Origin: Vicugna vicugna
Lineage: Eukaryota
Assembly (NCBI GenBank): GCA_013265495.1
Contig: MU058463.1
Span: 3,393,037-3,457,036, forward strand
Direction of reading: 5' to 3'
Length of the DNA stretch: 64,000 nt
Shown: piece after piece, positions 1 to 11,692 of the stretch
How the letters are laid out: every line of letters begins with the position of its first letter
How positions within the stretch are numbered: position 1 is the first letter of the stretch
Notes under the pieces: generated by a model
The model's database searches: none
What the model was told of the DNA's origin: nothing
What the model saw: only the letters and a program-made list of their open reading frames with translations
Program-made: the position numbers and the translations under genes

Positions 1-93
1 ATGAACCAAAGCATTCAATAGCCATAGTTACACAGATAGCTCACAACTTTGACTTTTTTGAGAAAAATAAAGCTTTCAAAAAATTTTTGTCCA

Positions 94-205
94 GGACCTG
101 GAGATCATCATCCTAAGTGAAATAAGCCAGAAAGAGAAAGGAAAATGCCATATGATACCACTTATGTGTGGAATCTAAAAAAAAAGGACACGAATGAACT
201 ACTTA
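94..205 (+). mobile_element. LINE-1 3' fragment
   Basis: ggacctggagatcatcatcctaagtgaaataagccagaaagagaaag...cacttatgtgtggaatctaaaa is the typical L1 ORF2 end/3' UTR. Confidence 0.8.
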
Positions 206-989
206 TTATTCATAACTTAGATGATTGATTTCTTGATTATGTATAAGCACATTTGACTGTCTTTTATGTTTGGATTACTGAATTCTGTTGATTCTTATTT
301 TGTGGTTGGCTTTATTCCTTTGATAACTATATAAGTTTAAAAAGCTAAAGCTCTAAACTGTTCTTAGAAACAATGAACAGCACATATATGTAAATTTAAA
401 AAATATATATGTGGTATAGTGCATATATGTATTTATATGCAATATATTGTATATGTGCAGTCAAATTTTATCCATTTTACCTAATAAAGCTGAAAAATGT
501 AAAAAAAAAATTATCCAGTGTCACATTAATTGCACTTCCCTAAGATACAAAAATAGTGTGCTGTGTGAAATACTTCACAATGCTCAATATGAACTCCGCA
601 GAGATATTGCTTTAAACCAGTGTGGCAATCTGAATGCAGCTGCAGGACGAGCAACAGCTGGCACGGCCAAAGGAGCCAAGCCGCCCAAAGCCAATACCTG
701 GAAAAGTAGGAAGACAAGCAGCAGCAGAGGGAGGGCTCTCAGAACAAGAGACCCACCTTGGTGGCGAGATGCGGGGATGGGCCTCCAGGACCTTTTTAGG
801 TGGGAGTGAGTTTAGCAATAGCAAGGAGCTGATCCTACAGGTAGAGAGAGGTACTAGGACTCTGAATATTAATAACAAGATTGAAATCCAATTTCCATAA
901 GTGGAAATTATGTTTCCCAGAATAAGGCCAAAACCTAGTTTCCAATACTGGATCAAAGAATAATATTTTATGACAGCAAGGATGGCTTT

Positions 990-1110
990 GTATCACAGTA
1001 ACCAAGAAATGGAAACAACCTAAATGTCCATCAACAAATGAATGAATAAAGAAGATGTGGTATATATATATACATACACACACACACACAATGGAATACT
1101 ACTCAACTAT
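990..1110 (+). mobile_element. LINE-1 ORF2 3' fragment containing a (TA)n(CA)n microsatellite
   Basis: ccaagaaatggaaacaacctaaatgtccatcaacaaatgaatgaataaagaagatgtggta...aatggaatactactca. Confidence 0.8.
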
Positions 1111-1399
1111 ATTGAACATGTCATGGAATTAGGCATTTCTTTCAGAGCATTTGAGATAAAAGGGGGTACAAGAGGCCCATATGACTACAGATTTGAAAAG
1201 ATATGCCTTGAGTATTCAGATACCATGGAAAGAGATAGTAAATAGTGGTTTAAAATATAAATGGCAAAACATAAGTTATACTAACTCAAGCTCTTTTATT
1301 TGACAATGAGCTGCTTCTCAAATAGATGATGCTAAGTAGTTAGAATTTATGATTTTAATGGTTTTCCTAAATAATACAGACCATTTGTGAAATATGCAT

Positions 1400-1636
1400 A
1401 TGATTAAGAATTTGTATCTAGAACCAAGAAATTTGCACCAACCAACCACACACCGTCCCCTTTATAGTATCAAAGAAGCCTGAATTCTGACTTGGGGAAG
1501 ATGGTTCTCCATTAGTCTGCCATCTTCTCACTCTGCCAGCTTTCTGAATAGAGTCGTTTTTCCTTGCCATAACACCTCATCTCCCAATTTCCTGGCCTGC
1601 TGTGCGGCGAGCAGAACGAATTTGGAGTTGGTAACA
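1400..1636 (+). mobile_element. ERV1-class LTR (3' part, MER34/MER39-like end), solo or truncated
   Basis: Ends ...cctcatctcccaatttcctggcctgctgtgcggcgagcagaacgaatttggagttggtaaca, a typical ERV1 U5 end finishing in CA. No primer binding site follows. Confidence 0.65.
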
Positions 1637-3705
1637 GGAGATGGGAAGGAATTATAAACCAAAGCAATGTCTCACTTCTCTCTAGGACAAGCCATATCTT
1701 AACTATCAAAATAGCAAGGAATCTTATCAGAATTTCCACGGTTACTACCACTCTAGTTTATTTTAGTCAATATTCAGTTCTGCTTAGCGTCAACTCTATC
1801 TTTAAAAAGGAATGACTTCTTTAGCTCTTCAGACGTACAGAGAATCTGAGTGCCTTCCATCTTGGAAGTGAATTCTGCGTCTAGCCTTGCTTACTGCTTG
1901 AAAAGAAGAGACATTATCACCTGCTGGACATTCACCATGTGCCCCTTGGGTGTGCCCTGTCTGAGACGCTACAGCTCTTGTGCCAGCTGGTCGTATATGC
2001 ATGGGAACCACACTCATTTACAGAAGCTAAGGCTCTGATTGGTGTGGGGAAGTCAGGACACATCTGCTGAATTCCAAAACCCTGGGAATACTTTCCCTCA
2101 AGGGTGTGGGCTTTTTATTTTTAAAATAAGTTGAGGTCCAGCCAGAGAGAGAAAATGAGAGACTAGAATACATTTCTAAACCCTCCAGCACCTGCTGGCC
2201 AGCCTAGCACATCGCAGGTGTCAATTTATTTGTTGAATTTGAATTCAACAGGTAACTTTCTGGCCAACTTTAACACTGCTGTGATCATCACAGACTCCCC
2301 AAAATGGTTTGGTCAATTAAATCTTTAGCACAAATTCTGATTCTGACAGAACCCACAAATTTATCACGCTGTGATCCCCTTTTGAATTGATTCATAAGTA
2401 CACCTTGCCCTACAGATTATCTAGCAAGGGGGAGGACCCACGCATCCTCAGTGGGCTTTAAGAATATGGTTATTATTCTTATTTACTATCTGTAGAGTTC
2501 AGAAAATGTGTGTGTATTTAGTGAGAACAAAATATTTGCTCTTTGCTTTAAGTAGTTACAGCCTAAACTAGGAAAACAAAATCTATCAGGCCCAAGATAC
2601 AATACCCACAGGAGTGGGTAAATGTCAGAGGTGCAGACTTAATTATTATTTATTTATTTCTCTGGCTCTGCTGTGGGAAACTTGGGTCTCGACTCCTCTG
2701 AGTCTCGGAATCACAATCTTCAGGAAGAGATTCCAGCCACGCCTCTCGTCCTAACCCCTAACTTAGCTCAGGAAACCAATAAGCTACAAGTGAACACGCC
2801 AGGATGTTTTTCTAACCCTCAGCAGGGACTCCAAGGCAAGAGTGTTATTTATCTCTGTGTCCCTCCTTACTTCTTCGTTGAGGTTAATACATCTGACAAG
2901 GTGTCAATATATCCCCAGGATAGATCCGTTCTTGTTGGGAACCAAATACGTTCTTCATTTTAATATTCTATCTACTGATAATCCTCTATCCCTGAATCAA
3001 AGCAGGGAAGTTTGATACTTACAGATGCTTACAGGAAGGGTCTTATCAACAAAAGAGAAGAAACATTATCTAAGGAGTCCCAACAGCTGAAAAGTGCTTT
3101 TCTCTGAGATAACATTTCTGAAGCAGAAAAGAAAAAGTTTAATTTCTATGCCTCCAGAATTCCAAAAAGAACACTTAAAACCTTCCTAGCAATGATCTCA
3201 AAGCTATAAAACAGACTTCGTATCCAACACCCTAGGAAAAGAATAGAATTTATATTTCAATAACAGTCATTTAAAAGAGATGCCCATTTTAAAACAATGC
3301 ACCACTGACATTTGAATGTTGGCACAAAATCCAAAATATGTACTCTGAATATTTGAGAGAAAAAGATAGCTGGCACCTACACCCTCCCCTTAATGCAAAA
3401 CACATGTGCTTTTAAAATGAATTTGTTATTTTAAATTTTTGTCATTTATTTCCACTTTGCCTAGATTTCATTTTATGAGTCATTTCACTTTTTCAATATT
3501 TTAAAACCCTTCATTTTAAAACCTGGTGATCAACTGTTTTAGAGTGAAAAAAATGCAATGGAAAATTTTAAGCTTTAAACTTCAAATCTATAGTCAGTCA
3601 CCTTTTTGCAACTCAGAGAGTGTGGCACTAAATGATATTCACCCTTCAAATTCCAAACTTTAGAAAAATGTTTCATTATGTGATTCTATGTACTATCTCT
3701 CACTT

Positions 3706-3770
3706 ACACACACACACACATCTCCAACTTCTATTCCAATCTATTCTATTCTATTCTATTCTATTCTGTT
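3706..3770. repeat. (CA)n and (CTATT)n simple repeats
   Basis: acacacacacacaca followed by ctattctattctattctattctattct. Confidence 0.9.
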
Positions 3771-5699
3771 CTAATGTATATATCCAGCTACTCTTCCCTA
3801 TAATCCAGATTTTCTTTCTGACAAATATCTTTAATAGCATCTTAGAAACTTTATATGATAAGAGAGATACTGAACTGTGATAAAAGTAGTTTTAGTCAAA
3901 AGGAGATTACCCCAAATTACTTCTTTCTATATGCATTACTAACCTGTAAATTTGATACCTCTCTGCACATGAACAAGAAATCTAATTTTGGTTAGGTGAT
4001 TATCAGTCTAGTATTAAATCAAATTTGCATATATGGGAAGGGGGTGAGATGTTACAAATTATGTTCAAGAACAATTATAATACAAGCTTTCCATCTATGA
4101 ACAATCAGATTATATTTTGACCAAGGTTTTGCTTAATGGATTTTAAAAATACATTTCCTTATTTACTTGTTTTTGTGTTCTATTTAAAAAAAAAGAGAGA
4201 ATATTGTTTTAATCCAAGACCTCACTGCACAAAGAAGTCAACAGCTAACTGGTAGTCAAGTGCCTAGAAAAAGAAATCAATTCAGCAAAGTAAACACAAA
4301 CTTCTATTTTTAGTTACTAGGAGCCACATCCAAAATGTAGACATAAATAAACATGCAATGTAAACATACGGATGTTACAGTTACAGAATAAATTAAAAAT
4401 TTCAGAAGGGCTTGGTCCATCACTCAGTGTGTGTGATCATTTTTAGCAGAGGTACAAATGTTGTTGTGTATTTGATGAAGAAAAAGAAACATATGTCAGT
4501 ATAATAATAACAGCAGTTTTTCATTTCTTCTTGTGAGAGAAAAATCTTGTGACTTCTCCCCGTTACTCTCGGTAATAAACCAATCCTGGAACGTGGGAGG
4601 GAGACTATAGGACAACATGTTAAGGAAATGTGAATGGCACTGACGGTTCTGTCAGAAGCGCTAAAAATATCTCCATGCTAGGAACTCCTTTTTTAATCAA
4701 ACAACATTGGGGCCAGTCTCTCATCTTAAGAACACTGGTGTACTCTGGGAAACAGCCTACCCTTTTTATTTTTAAAGCTGATATTGTGCCTTATCTGGAA
4801 ATCTGAACAAAAAGTCCTGGTAAGAGGTAGACAGCATCTTCTCTGCTTGAAATAAGAGAATATGGCTGTGATAAATATGTTCTAATATATTTTGAAGAAA
4901 ACCAAATAGTCACACAGGAAAAGTTTATTTATACTCTCCTGGAGGAAAGAGGAAACAATTTCAAAACTTAAATATTTTTGCCAGAGAAACTGGTCACAAA
5001 TCTTATCACTGATGATCTACGAATAGTCCTCTTTTCTTGCACAGAGAAAAGCATAATCATGACTTAGGTTAAAAGAAAACCTTGAGTTTTATCTGATAAA
5101 ATTAGATGAAATCTGATAAAAACTTGATTTTTATCGAACAAAATCTCTAGGGCAGGAAATCGCCTACCCTATCAATTCTAAATGATTGAAGAAAAAAAAA
5201 AAGGCTCTCAAGCTGTATACCATAAAATTAAGCAAAAACATCCTGCAAGTGAGAAGAGAATTTCTTAGGCCTAGTCCCCAGGTGGCCCTGTTGTCACTCA
5301 TAGATGTATCAATGATGAAATTCAAAACACTAGAATTTTCCTCCTACTGGTGACATTTGCAGTCAGCGTGAGTGGACCTTCTGAGGGCAGTTTTTATCTC
5401 CTGGTGTAATAACATCCTCCTTTCAAATGGCAGCATAAAACACAGAAAAGCATACCCTCGTTTGTGGGGAAGGGTTTTAATTCTGAAACATAGTTCATAA
5501 TAATATTCTAAAAGATTTACTCAACTTTGTTTCCAAGTTGAAAAAGGAATTTATTATTCAGGATTATTTAATGACCTTTTCAGAGACCAGAAATACAACT
5601 ATTGTTCATTGTGGGTCAGTACTTATTCTAAAAATACTAGAAACTGAAGAATAGTAACAATAACTTAGTTTCATCTAATACTGTTATGTTCTAGTCTCT

Positions 5700-5875
5700 T
5701 TTTTATGTATTTTCTATCATTAACTTAGCAAACTGTGACAAAGTTTTGCCATTTTACAGATAAGGAAATGAAGACAAACTGTCTAAGATTACAGAAAGAG
5801 TTCTGTGGCAAAGTCAAACTTCAGAACCAGGGAGTTTGACTCTCAACCTCCATGCTCTTAACTACTGTGCTGGTT
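5700..5875 (-). mobile_element. MIR SINE
   Basis: MIR core ccattttacagataaggaaatgaagac...gtttgactctcaacctccatgctcttaactactgtgct. Confidence 0.7.
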
Positions 5876-8800
5876 GGCCTGTGACTTTTTAAAATGATAA
5901 AGAATTCCTCATTTTTCTACCTTGCTGTTGAGATCATATATTTGCTGTAAAGCAATGGTTGCCAATTTTCTTTTTTGAAATGTTTCAGTGGAGTACATAT
6001 CCTATGTTCCTATTCTTTCATTTTATGACTCTTTGTGTTTTTCATGCATGATAAAAACGTGTAATTTTATTTTACCTAAAGAAAGAAGGATATGGAGTGA
6101 ACTACTGGGATCACAAATTACATCTGCACTATTTTCAATTTTTTGTAATGTGGTTATCTTACTTTCATAATAGGACATAAAGGTTGAAAGCCCAGAATTT
6201 TGTGTAGAATGAAAACTCAACTCCTTGCTATTTCCAGTTCTGACAAGTTTACTTCTTTCTCTTGATAACACTTATTCCTGAGCTGATCAGAATTTTAAAG
6301 GATTTTTGATTGATTACAAGCTATTTGCAAAGGGGATCCCTGCATTTTTCCTATTCCCTGAATAAAGGACTTTTGGGTGGGGACAAACAGGAAAAAATAC
6401 AGTCTGTGGACTCTTGCCTAGGCTTGCTGATGAGGAGGAGAAAGGAAGCTCTTACAGCTAAAACTAGTAACTGTGGTTTCTCCAAAAATGGAAGCACCTT
6501 CTGTCAAAAATCACAGTGGGCAAGGATCTAGTCAGACCACCATCGAAGATGGATGTGGGGTAACAACTGACATATAGAGACTTGACTTGAGCAGCATTTT
6601 GGGTATCTTCTCATTATTAAATTATGCATAACTCAGTCCTTTAAGTTAGGGCATAATCCCATAAAATTATCCATGTTATTGTTGTTCTTTTCTGTGCAAA
6701 GTCACAAGAGAGAAAGAGGGAGACAGTACTATGCTTGTGTTACATTCGGAATGTAAGAAAGTGTTGCAAAGAGCTCCCATTTCCACAGACAAACTATTAT
6801 TTTTGGTGTTTAGTATTTAAATTCAGTAAGCCTTAGTAAGTGTATAGACAATGTCCTTTAGAGCATAATAAATGTGACTAGCAGAGATTTATTTTCTCTC
6901 TGAAGCTAATCTTCAGCAACTGCAAAACAAATTTTCCTGCATTCACTCCATATGATAAATCTGGAACCATCCCATTCCCTTATTCACCCGTGCCTGTCCC
7001 AAACTGTTGACACCAGTTTGTTATCATGCCACATGAAGCAGCCTTTTGGGGAGAGTAAATAGAGAGGCCCTTAAATGTAACTATTTTGCCAGAGTCCTGT
7101 GCACCCATTACTGGGATGTTCTGTGCATGTTCTTCTGAGTCTCCTTCAAATGCTGGGAATTTGGACCACATAGGAAAATGGCTGAAGAGCCCACTGTCCA
7201 CTGTGGCCCTGAGCAGACCCAATCCATTCCTGGAAGTAGAGCATTCTCACGCACGCCTGAAGGGATGGACCGGCATCCAGCTGACACTCGTCTCCCCCTG
7301 TCCTGCCTTGGCAGGGTTTGCAGTACACTAGTGATGACTGGGCAGCCGGGGTTGCTAATTCCACTGTCGAGGACACCTGTCTCTGGCATACCATGGGAGT
7401 TTGATGGCTTTTGGAAATTCCAATATGTGCCACAGTTGTTTCTGTTCTTAAGAGGAGGGGATTCTTCATCAACTTAGCAGAAGTGTGATGAGAGAGTGAA
7501 AGATGGGAGCGTACAGTTATGGTAACTTCTGCAGGGCATCTAGAGACAAACCATAAAAATGAAGAAAGATAAGCCCTATGGTAGAAGCACGTGGGAACTT
7601 TTCTCTGGGACATTTCACATACATTTTAATGATTTCTAACTTTTAAATGTACTTTTCTGAGGCTGTCATTCTTCCCAAGGCTCAAAACCAACCATGAGAA
7701 GCAGGATTTGGGGACATTTCTTCAGGAAACAGGTCCTAAACTTTTCTGCGTGACAGGCACTAGAGAAAGGAGAATGAAAAGACATCTTCTGTCCAGGAAA
7801 GTACAGTCCAATGACATGTTCAGAGAAAATTAAGTTTCTCGTTTAACAGCTGTGACAACCATGTACGGATGAATTTAATAATCAATAAGAGATATAATTT
7901 TACGTAACTTTTCAAAGCCAGCTAGCAGTAGAATATCACTATCCCAGAATTGAAACAAAGCCAAAGGCTAACTTCAGAGCCACTAATTTTTATTTTCTAA
8001 TTCAGGGTTGTAGATTTCTGATACTGTTAAACATTAGCCTAACCCTTAAATACACATTTTGTCTGGGAGTTAGTACTTGGCATGAGTGAAGTGATGCTTT
8101 TAAAGAAAAACATGAGAGATCAATATACATATTTATGCTATATAATCATTTGTACACACACAAATTGTGACTGTATGTGGGTACATTTTCATTCCTCAGA
8201 ATTCCCAAGCAATCATGACGATGATGTCAATGTTAGTGTCTGGAAGGAGTTAAGAGACTAAATCCCACTTACCATGAATACATTCATCTCAGACAGCTCA
8301 GCGAAATACTGTTTTTTAATTTAAAAAGCATGCTTTATGAATATGTAGATTCATCAGTTTCTGATGGTCAATAAAACAAAATTACTTTCAGGTTTTTTTT
8401 TAATAAATAATCATTTTTACAACAGGTAGGCTTACCTACTCAGGGTTAAAATTCCACACACTTTCATAAAGCACCACAAACCCAAGTTCCGGAGTTGGTC
8501 AGTGTCTGGGAAGAGCACACTCATTGCATACAATCTGTGTGTGTAGGATGGGGGATTCTAGGGAGGAGAGTGAAGCTGCTCAGAGCAAAGGCCAGGTACA
8601 CTCATTTCTGCTCTCAGACTTAGACCACCTCTTTGGCATGAGTGCAGAGGGACAGGGCTTCAGATCAGTTCAGCCTGCGGTCTCCACCATTGCCACCAGC
8701 CCACACCTGCCCTGGGAAAGCCCCCAAACTGCTGTGAAAGCCCTTCTGGAAATGAATTGTCTTTTAAGCAATTGCTCACAGGAGATTGGTGGTCTACCTG

Positions 8801-9149
8801 ACAGTGGTTTATGCGGATCAGATCCAAACTTTCCATGAGCACCCAAGGCCAATGGTTAGTCTGTGCCCTGCAGCACCCTAGACAGCTCAGAGCCATGGTG
8901 ATGACCCCCAGCATGTGCTGGCATGCCAGCTGTCAATGTGCTCACAGTTGCATAGAGACTGAAACCTAATGAAGCCAGAAGCAGCTAAAGATCACACTGC
9001 AGAACCAATGCAGGAACTGCACACAGCGAGATCTCTGCCTTCATCCATCAGTTAACATTCACCAGGAAAAGAGACCTCAGTCCCTCTCCTCAAAGCGCAA
9101 TTTCCATTTGGACCTGATGTGGTAACATTCGTTCCACATATGTTCCATC

Positions 9150-9700
9150 CACCCCATTGTTCATAGAAGCATTTTTTATAGTTGCTAAGATACCAAAATA
9201 ACCTAAGTGTCCATCGACAGATGAGTGGATAAAGAAGATGAGGTATAGATATGCAATAGAATACTACTCAGCCATAAAAAAGAATGAATTTTTGCCATTT
9301 GCAACAATATGGATGGACTTGGAGGGTGTTATGCTTAATGAAAGACAAATACTGTATAATATCACTTATACATGGAATCTAAAAAATGAAATAAACCAAT
9401 ACATAACAAAACAGAAACAAACTGACAGATATGGAAAATAAACCAGTGGTGACCAGTCAGGAGAGGGAAGTGAGGAGGGGCAAGAAAGGGGTAGGGGATT
9501 AAGAGATACAAACTACTATGTGTAAAATAGATAAGCAACAAGGATATACTGTATAGCACAGGGAATTATAGCTGTTACCTTGTAATAACTTTTAATGGAG
9601 TATAACCTGTAAAAATACTGAATCACTATGCTGTACATCTGAAACTAATACAATATTGTAAAACAAAACTACTTCAGTAAGAAATAATTCTTTTTAAAAA
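9150..9700 (+). mobile_element. LINE-1 3' end (ORF2 end + 3' UTR); its last ~110 bp are duplicated at 11693-11803
   Basis: ORF 9238 reads EYYSAIKKNEFLPFATIWMDLEGVML (L1 ORF2 C-terminus). 3' UTR gatatactgtatagcacaggga...aatcactatgctgtacatctgaaactaatacaatattgta. Confidence 0.9.
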
Positions 9701-10754
9701 AGGATCCTTGATTGAGAGGAAGATCCAGATATTGTACAATAAGCTGAAGGAGAACATAGTGAGCCAGTCTCCTGAGGTTACACTGCAGGAAATCAACCCT
9801 CAAGACAGGGAAGTCATATTATCCATGAAACATAGGAAGCAGAAAAAAGAAAAACCTGCACCTGTATCATCATACAGTATGGTTGCCATGTTTGTTTTAT
9901 GAAATGAAACCATAATTTCAAGATATATTTATTTCAATGATATCATCTAAAAGACCGGGATTTGATTAAGATATCTGAGATAAATTTCCACCCTCAGGGG
10001 TAAAGATGAAGACAAAAGGTAACTGTTTAAACATTTCAGAAGCACTCTCCCTTCTGTAATCAGTGCCATGTTTTTATATCTAATGTTCCTACTAGAACCC
10101 GCTTCAGGGGAGGAAAACAGCTTTCTTGTTCATCATGAAGCCCTTTCACCACTCTATCCCTAAGTTAGGAATGCAATAAACGTATAAGCAAATCTTCTTC
10201 TTGCTTCTACTTGACCCCAAGAACTTCTCCACACTTCCTCCTACTTTGCAACTCAGAATCTTGCATACCTGGGTGTACAGGGTGAATTAGAAAACTCTGC
10301 TTTCAAAATGCTGTATTTAAAGAGAAGAGTACTCACTGAATGTGCATGCCAATATTGGAAAGTTGTCTCTTACACTGTCCAAGCAACACAGCTTCCTTTT
10401 AAAAGTTTTCTGGAGAGCCTTATTCACTGGGCAAGACACGTCATGTCCTCTTGTGTAACACTCCAAATTTCAAGACCTTTTCCCAACAGTCCCACGTCTC
10501 ATCATTGTCTCTAGGGCATGTATCATAATAGCATCAGCAAGAAACTTCTGCTCTGGTTTGTTCCCAAAATCCCACAGGAAAATTACAAGATTTTTTTTGT
10601 TCTGGTAACATACAGAAACGCCCCTCTCTGAAGTGTCCCCAGGCTCCTTTTTCTCCTTCCTCCACAGCTACATTTAAACTCTTTATTGTCTCAGCATCTA
10701 CAGAATTTTATTTAAAGTTCTTTTATAGTATTTTAATATTAAATCAGGGTAATT

Positions 10755-11030
10755 TCATTTAGTAAATATTTATTAAGGATCTACTCTGAGCTAGGCAATT
10801 AGATATACAGTGAATGTGAACCAGACAGGTAAACAGTCACATGCTCACAAAGCACTTTGATTTAGTGGGGGAATCAGACAAATAATGGGCAATGCCACAC
10901 AGTGAGAAATGTACTATTAAAGAAGAAGAAATAGGAGTGAGAGCAACATGGTTGGAGCCATGGTTGAATCCATGGTTGAATCCAGAGGAGGAATAAGGAG
11001 AGATGTGGCTGAAAAGGTTGGGACCTGACT
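10755..11030 (-). mobile_element. L2 3' end fragment (duplicated at 12858-13133)
   Basis: catttagtaaatatttattaaggatctactctgagctaggca...tagtgggggaatcagacaaataa is the typical reverse L2 tail. Confidence 0.65.
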
Positions 11031-11119
11031 ATGAACTCTTGCTTATCTACCTTCTACACCCCAGGAAGACTCGGCCAAGGAAGGACAGGATTCTTTCCTG
11101 TGAGGACTAAAGACACTGC

Positions 11120-11692
11120 CTCAGAATCCTTTTCAACACGGCTCTTTGATCAGCAGACCCCTGGGATCCCTTTCACTACACTTTCAGGGGGACTGCAAGG
11201 TGCAACTCTCTTCATAATCATAAAAAGACATCATTTTCCTTTTCATGGTATTGACATTTGCTCTGAAAGGAAAACTGTTGGCACCTTAATACAAACCGAG
11301 GCAGAAGAACCAAACTGTAGTGTGATCATTCAATACTTGATCTCCATGCATTCACAGAGGGGAAAATGAAAAGCCAATTAATTTGGGAATACCCTTGATG
11401 AATCGGTAAAATAATTAATTTTATAAAATCACGATCTTTGAATTCACATCTTTAAGAAGTCCATGTAACGAAATGAGAAGTACAAATAAGGCACTTCGGC
11501 AGCCTACAGAAGTATGATGGCTCAGAGAAAAGCGTCGGTGTGATGGTTTGACCTGCAAGTTGAACGAGCTGCTTTTTTCATGGAACGCCATGTTCATTTG
11601 AAAACTATTTAACAGGCAAGCTATGGTTATTCAGACTGAAGTATTTGGCAGATATTTTCTCAAAAATGAACCAAGTATGTTACTTCAAAATA
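11120..11692 (+). mobile_element. hAT-Charlie (Charlie1a-like) 5' portion, truncated by the duplication junction
   Basis: gacccctgggatccc...ctttcagggggactgcaaggtgcaactctcttcataatcataaaaagac... matches the Charlie1 5' end and stops abruptly at the junction. Confidence 0.75.

Larger units (their letters stand above)
9590..11692. repeat. Tandem segmental duplication, copy 1 (2,103 bp)
   Basis: Sequence from ttttaatggagtataacc to tacttcaaaata is repeated immediately downstream. Three ORFs recur with identical translation at a constant offset of 2103 (9708/11811, 10308/12411, 11031/13134). Confidence 0.97.

Noticed and set aside
447..956. Overlapping 88-120 aa ORFs in a GC-richer patch
   Set aside because: No recognisable homology, splice structure or processed-pseudogene hallmarks (poly-A plus TSD).
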